Of a stretch of 64,000 bases of DNA, positions 59,159-64,000 are shown one piece after another. Made by a program: the position numbers and the translations under genes. Source of the stretch: Acetobacteraceae bacterium (lineage in GTDB: Bacteria > Pseudomonadota > Alphaproteobacteria > Acetobacterales > Acetobacteraceae); assembly GCA_003506895.1 (NCBI GenBank), contig DNXO01000034.1, positions 26,569 to 90,568 on the forward strand. The letters are read 5' to 3'. Below the pieces are notes generated by a model. That model was not told where the DNA came from and made no database searches. It saw only the letters and a list, made by a program, of their open reading frames with translations. Position 1 is the first letter of the stretch. Each line of letters starts with the position of its first letter.

Positions 59159-61018
59159 CTAATTGCCGTGAACGGTGAAATACGTCGCGGCCGGCGCACC
59201 CGGACCGGCGGTGGTGGTTCCGAAAGACCCCGCCAACCGACCACTCGCCAGGTCCGCGACGGTATATCCCGCGATCACCATGTTCACCGTCGGTTTGCCA
59301 GTTGCCGAGAACCCGATCGCCACGCCGGTATGACCCGGAGCACCCGCGTTATCGATCGTGCTAAGGGTGAAGTCCGTCGCATCGACACCGAAGATCGTTG
59401 CGTCGTCGCCAGCATGGAAGTTGTCGACGGTTGAGAAGATGTTCGATGTCGCCCCCCTGGCATCCAGGAAGAACGTGTCGTGGCCCGTTCCGCCGACCAA
59501 GAAGTTCGAACCGCCGCCGCCGTCCAGCACATTGGTGCCGTTCACCCCGCTGACATCGATCGCATCCGTTCCGGACCCGGTATGGATAAACGAATTCGGT
59601 GTCGTGGCGGTAATGTTCAACGAGTCGGTCGTGATATTGATATATTCATGCTGCAGACCAGCCACCGGCCCTGAATACGGCAGGCCCCCGCTGATCCCGG
59701 TCGCCCCCGTGGTGGTATTGACCACGGAGAAGTTCGGTCCTTCGATATTGATCTGCGTCCCACCGGTCAGCGACGTCACCGCGAACGAATCACCGGTGTA
59801 ATCGCCCGCCAGCGCAAGACCGCCCACCGTTTGCCCGCCGTTCTGCAGCAGCAATACATTGCCCGACAGTGTCGCGCTGGTGGCGGTAAACCCGCTTCCC
59901 AGATCGATCTGGTCGCCGGCCTTAGCGTGGATCACGCCTTGAAATGCGCCCGGCGTGTCGAGGACCAGTATGTCGTTGCCGTTCATCAGGATGCTTTGCG
60001 ATGGCCCGACAGCATTCACCTCCAGGATGGAGCCGGTGGGCGACGTCACACCCGTCTTGTGATCCAGATCGAATTGCACCAGCCCGACGCCGGTCAGCGC
60101 GCCGATGATATGCAGATTGCCGCCCAAGGCCATCAGGTCGCCGTTGTTGACCACCGGGGCGTTGATCTCGCCAAAGCCTTGAACCACGCCGCCGTTGATG
60201 TTGATCCCCGCCGGCGCGACAACGCCCGCCTGAAGATTAAGCATCCCGCCGACGTCGATCGTCAGGGTATTCGCGGTAGTGTAGTTCCGTCCGCCCAGGA
60301 TATCGAACGTCCCGCGCGTGCCGATCTCTTTCAGCGTGGTGTCCAAACCGACATAGCCGGACCCGTTCCACTCGCCGATGCTGGTCACCGATCCGTTCAG
60401 GAAGACCTCGGTCCAGCCCTCCGGGATCAACGGCGGCCCCTCGATCGTCTGAATGTTGACGATCAGATTTTGCCTCGGGCCGCCGAAATTGATAACCGCC
60501 CCGGGTCCTTTCGCCTCGAAGATTCCGTCGAACAGGGTATTCCCGGTCATCTCGGCGATCGATTTGGTGTCGATGGTGACGACGCCGGCCAGGGATTGCA
60601 GCCAGTTGGTGACATACAGACCGTTGACACCGGTCAGCAGCACGTTGCCCTCGGCCTGGAGGAAACCGTCGAGCGTTCCCGGGTTATAGATATTGCCGCC
60701 GTTGAGCACGATGTAGGTCTGCAACGAACCGCTTAAGCGTCCGGCCGACCCGGGGTCGAAATTCAGCGTCCCGTCGATCTCCAGTCCCGCGGCGTTGTAG
60801 GGCACCGTGTTCGACCCGAGCAGGTTGTTGGCCGCGTTCATCGACAGCGCGTTGACCGTCTGGACCTCATTCGCGGCGATAATCACCGTGTAGTTCGTGG
60901 CCGTCGGTGCATCGATCGTCACGACGGCCGTTGGATCGTTGGGCACCGCGGCCGGCGTCCAGTTCCCCGCCGTGTTCCAGTCCCCGGTCACCCCGGTCGT
61001 CCACGAATAACTCGCCAT
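59159..61018 (-). CDS. Secreted-type beta-helical protein with the same C-terminal domain as 6493-8310
   Basis: Starts MASYSWTTGVTGDWNTAGNW with GGGGG RBS; no signal peptide; Gly/Asn/Thr-rich; C-terminal domain 82/171 identical to the paralogue. Confidence 0.82.
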   Translation of the reverse strand: MASYSWTTGVTGDWNTAGNWTPAAVPNDPTAVVTIDAPTATNYTVIIAANEVQTVNALSMNAANNLLGSNTVPYNAAGLEIDGTLNFDPGSAGRLSGSLQTYIVLNGGNIYNPGTLDGFLQAEGNVLLTGVNGLYVTNWLQSLAGVVTIDTKSIAEMTGNTLFDGIFEAKGPGAVINFGGPRQNLIVNIQTIEGPPLIPEGWTEVFLNGSVTSIGEWNGSGYVGLDTTLKEIGTRGTFDILGGRNYTTANTLTIDVGGMLNLQAGVVAPAGININGGVVQGFGEINAPVVNNGDLMALGGNLHIIGALTGVGLVQFDLDHKTGVTSPTGSILEVNAVGPSQSILMNGNDILVLDTPGAFQGVIHAKAGDQIDLGSGFTATSATLSGNVLLLQNGGQTVGGLALAGDYTGDSFAVTSLTGGTQINIEGPNFSVVNTTTGATGISGGLPYSGPVAGLQHEYINITTDSLNITATTPNSFIHTGSGTDAIDVSGVNGTNVLDGGGGSNFLVGGTGHDTFFLDARGATSNIFSTVDNFHAGDDATIFGVDATDFTLSTIDNAGAPGHTGVAIGFSATGKPTVNMVIAGYTVADLASGRLAGSFGTTTAGPGAPAATYFTVHGN

Positions 61019-61197
61019 CAGGTCTTCCCCCGCGCTACTTCGACTCGCCGATCCCCATCCGTTCTCGGAATGGGTTACCCAACGAGAGGCCCCGCCCCGC
61101 TCGCGCTGTCCATTCACGTTGCCGTACGCTGAACATGGGCGACCACGCACATTCCCCCTTGGCAACGCCACGCCAATCCGCCTTAGTTGCCGCACGT

Positions 61198-62169
61198 ATG
61201 TTCGGATTCATCGGCTCCCGCCTGTTGCAGGCGATCCCCGTTCTGATGGTCGTCGGCTTCATTGCCTTCGCCCTGTTTGCGTTTGTCGGCGACCCGGTCT
61301 CCATCCTGCTCGGGCAGGACCATACCGAGGCGCAGCGTATCGCCCTGGTACATCAGCTTGGCCTGGATCAGCCGTTCTATGTGCAATACGTCAAATTCCT
61401 GTGGACCTGCCTGCACGGCGATTTCGGCGTCAGTTACCGGTTGGCCCAGCCGGTCGGCAGCCTGCTGGCGGAGCGTTTGCCAGCGACGCTGGAACTGGCG
61501 ATCACGGCGTCGGTGCTGGCGTTCGCGATCGGTGTTCCGATGGGGGTCTATACCGGCATCCACCGCGACAGCCTGCTGTCACGGGTGTTCATGGTCGGCA
61601 GCCTTATGGGCGTGTCGTTGCCGACCTTCCTGCTGGGCATTCTGCTGATCCTGTGTTTCTCGGTAGCCCTTGGCTGGCTTCCAAGTTTCGGTCGCGGGCC
61701 TGTCGTCCATGTCGGGTCCTGGTGGACCACCGGATTCACCTCCTGGGCCGGCATTCGCGCCCTGATCCTGCCAGGGATCACGCTGGGCTTGTTCCAGATG
61801 ACGCTGATCATGCGTCTGGTGCGGGCGGAGATGCTGGAAGTGCTCCGCACCGACTACATCAAGTTCGCCCGAGCACGGGGTTTGACCAACCGGAGCATCA
61901 ACTTCGGGCATGCGCTGAAGAACACGTTGGTGCCGGTCATTACCATCATCGGCTTGCAGTTCGGCGGCATCGTCGGGTTCTCGCTGGTGACCGAAACCGT
62001 ATTCCAATGGCCGGGAATGGGCCTTTTGCTGGTTCAGTCGGTGGCGGTGGCGGATATCCCGGTGATGTCCGCGTATCTGCTGTTGATCGCCCTGGTGTTC
62101 CTGTTGATCAACCTGATCGTCGATCTGCTGTATTACGCCGTCGATCCACGGCTGAGGATTGGCCGCTGA
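61198..62169 (+). CDS. Peptide ABC permease (DppB)
   Basis: GDFGVSY, RLPATLELA, DYIKFARARG, HALKN. Confidence 0.93.
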   Translation: MFGFIGSRLLQAIPVLMVVGFIAFALFAFVGDPVSILLGQDHTEAQRIALVHQLGLDQPFYVQYVKFLWTCLHGDFGVSYRLAQPVGSLLAERLPATLELAITASVLAFAIGVPMGVYTGIHRDSLLSRVFMVGSLMGVSLPTFLLGILLILCFSVALGWLPSFGRGPVVHVGSWWTTGFTSWAGIRALILPGITLGLFQMTLIMRLVRAEMLEVLRTDYIKFARARGLTNRSINFGHALKNTLVPVITIIGLQFGGIVGFSLVTETVFQWPGMGLLLVQSVAVADIPVMSAYLLLIALVFLLINLIVDLLYYAVDPRLRIGR

Positions 62170-63062
62170 TGTTCGATAGCGACTTTGCCTACAGCTTCCG
62201 GAAGTCGCCCGTGGCGGTGGCGTCCGCGATCATTGCGCTGATCCTGGTGGTGGCGGCGGTATTCGCCCCGTGGATCGCGCCGCACGATCCGATGGACGTC
62301 GCCTCTTTGTCGCTGCTGGACAGCTTCAAGCCGCCGGTCGGCATGCCGGACGCGGACTGGTCGAACGTGCTGGGCACCGACAACCAGGGCCGCGACGTGC
62401 TGTCGGCGATCATGTACGGGATGCGCATCAGCCTGCTGGTGGGCTTTCTGTCGGTGCTGTTCGCCATCGTCGTCGGGATCGCCTTCGGGTTACTGGCCGG
62501 CTACGCGGGCGGGATCACCGATACCATCCTGATGCGCATCGCCGACGTTCAACTGACCTTTCCGTCGATCCTGACTGCCCTGCTGGTCGATGGCGTCATC
62601 ACCGCCGCCCTGCCCCGCACCATGCGCGACGCCTTGCAGATCTATGTCATCATCTTCGCCATCGGCATCAGCCTGTGGCCCAACTTCGCCCGCACCGTGC
62701 GCGGCTCCACCCTGGTCGAGCGCAACAAGGACTATGTCATGGCCGCCCGCGTCATCGGCGTGCCGTCGTGGCGCATCATGCTCAGCCACGTGCTGCCGAA
62801 CGTCATCGGCCCCGTCATGGTGATCGGCACGCTGGGCCTGGGCCTTGCCATCATCGCCGAGGCGACCCTGTCATTCCTGGGCGTCGGGCTGCCGCCCACG
62901 GCACCCTCACTGGGCACGTTGATCCGCTTCGGCGACGACTTCCTGTTCTCCGGCCAATGGTGGGTGACGGTTTTCCCCGGTCTGACGCTGATCCTGATGG
63001 TGCTGGCGATCAACCTGCTGGGCGACTGGCTGCGCGATGCGCTGAACCCGAGGCTGCGCTGA
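62169..63062 (+). CDS. Peptide ABC permease (DppC)
   Basis: LGTDNQGRD, DYVMAARVIG, EATLSFLG. Confidence 0.93.
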   Translation: MFDSDFAYSFRKSPVAVASAIIALILVVAAVFAPWIAPHDPMDVASLSLLDSFKPPVGMPDADWSNVLGTDNQGRDVLSAIMYGMRISLLVGFLSVLFAIVVGIAFGLLAGYAGGITDTILMRIADVQLTFPSILTALLVDGVITAALPRTMRDALQIYVIIFAIGISLWPNFARTVRGSTLVERNKDYVMAARVIGVPSWRIMLSHVLPNVIGPVMVIGTLGLGLAIIAEATLSFLGVGLPPTAPSLGTLIRFGDDFLFSGQWWVTVFPGLTLILMVLAINLLGDWLRDALNPRLR

Positions 63063-64000
63063 TGCCGCTGCTTGAAGTCGATAACCTGACTGTCGAGTTC
63101 CCCACCCGCCGCGGGATTTTGAAGGCGCTGGACCGGGTGTCGTTCACCATCGACAAGGGCGAAATCCTAGGCGTCGTCGGTGAGTCGGGCGCGGGAAAAT
63201 CCCTGACCGGCGCCGCCATTGTCGGGCTATTGGAACGGCCGGGGCGCATCGCGTCCGGCCAAATCCGGCTGGATGGCAGCCGTATCGACAATCTGGCGCC
63301 CGAACCGCTGCGCCGCATCCGAGGCCGGCGCATCGGCACCATCTTCCAGGATCCGCTGACGACGCTGAACCCGCTCTATACAATCGGCCGGCAACTCGTC
63401 GAAACCATGCAGACCCATGCCCGCCTTTCCGACTCCGAGGCTAGGCGTAAAGCCATTGGCTGGCTGGAGCGTGTGGGTATTCCCGCCGCCGCGCAGCGCA
63501 TCGATGCCTATCCGCATGAGTTCTCCGGAGGCCAGCGGCAGCGCGTAGTCATCGCTCTGGCCCTGTGTGCCGAACCGGCCCTGGTGATCGCCGACGAACC
63601 GACAACCGCGCTGGACGTTTCGATCCAGGCACAGATCATCACGCTGCTGAAGGACCTGACGCGGGATCATGGCACGTCCGTGATGCTGGTGACCCACGAT
63701 ATGGGCGTGATCGCCGAAACCGCCGACCGCGTGGCCGTGATGTATGCCGGCCGGATCGCCGAGATCGGCCCGGTCGCGGATGTCGTTCGACGGCCCGCCC
63801 ACCCCTATACCGACGGCCTGATGGCCAGCATCCCGTCGCTGGAGCATCGTGTGGACCGTCTGCGTCAGATCGACGGCGCGATGCCTCGCCTGGACGCGAT
63901 GCCGGACGGCTGTCGCTTTCACCCGCGCTGCCCGCGGGCCTTCGCCCGTTGCACCGAACAGCAACCGGAGTTGATGGCCGCGGGTGCGACGCAGGCGGCC
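63062..64000 (+). CDS. Peptide ABC ATP-binding protein (DppD), runs off the window
   Basis: Not in the ORF track (no stop in window); [38 protein letters not shown]. Confidence 0.93.
   Translation, partial: MPLLEVDNLTVEFPTRRGILKALDRVSFTIDKGEILGVVGESGAGKSLTGAAIVGLLERPGRIASGQIRLDGSRIDNLAPEPLRRIRGRRIGTIFQDPLTTLNPLYTIGRQLVETMQTHARLSDSEARRKAIGWLERVGIPAAAQRIDAYPHEFSGGQRQRVVIALALCAEPALVIADEPTTALDVSIQAQIITLLKDLTRDHGTSVMLVTHDMGVIAETADRVAVMYAGRIAEIGPVADVVRRPAHPYTDGLMASIPSLEHRVDRLRQIDGAMPRLDAMPDGCRFHPRCPRAFARCTEQQPELMAAGATQAA

Noticed and set aside
61040-61100. c-di-GMP-I riboswitch upstream of the 59159-61018 gene
   Set aside because: A CCCATTCCG/CGGATGGG hairpin is present but the GGCAAAC and GACGCAAA core elements are missing
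108-63964. Long Arg/Pro/Ala-rich overlapping ORFs in the track (e.g. 108-1391, 33734-35179, 52428-54098, 37594-38898) and over-extended starts (21757, 50796-52406, 61119)
   Set aside because: Antisense or alternative-frame shadows expected in high-GC DNA; each overlaps a gene with clear family motifs

Overview
GC-rich alphaproteobacterial chromosomal DNA; ctrA/fliI, dapF-mtaB-ftsY and the secreted-protein families point to Acetobacteraceae (Rhodopila/Acidisphaera-like; inference). Most of the window is housekeeping, transport and catabolism: hppD-hmgA with an Lrp regulator, CoA-transferase + AtuA pair, tRNA-Gly(CCC), oxyR-ahpC-ahpD, fliJ-fliI/ctrA, dapF-mtaB-ftsY, an esterase-phosphotriesterase-GMC-esterase-thiol dioxygenase run, gluQ, a MetE-like enzyme, SWIM-SNF2, TRAP and two partial Dpp/Opp systems. 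Strongest observations: (1) a 334-bp gap between two convergent genes (35505-35838) that holds DnaA boxes, a consensus IHF site, an AT-rich tract and a perfect CtrA box, i.e. a candidate replication origin in unexpected gene context; (2) two signal-peptide-less secreted-type proteins 50 kb apart that share a ~170-aa C-terminal domain and a 13-bp upstream motif; (3) a 39.0-43.3 kb graveyard of decayed IS elements containing a PEP-CTERM gene and a solitary type I-C CRISPR-repeat-like unit; (4) a 140-bp ACGAAG-based palindrome at which local strand skew flips. All calls are from reading the sequence and recalled family motifs; no database search was run, and most start codons were chosen by eye.
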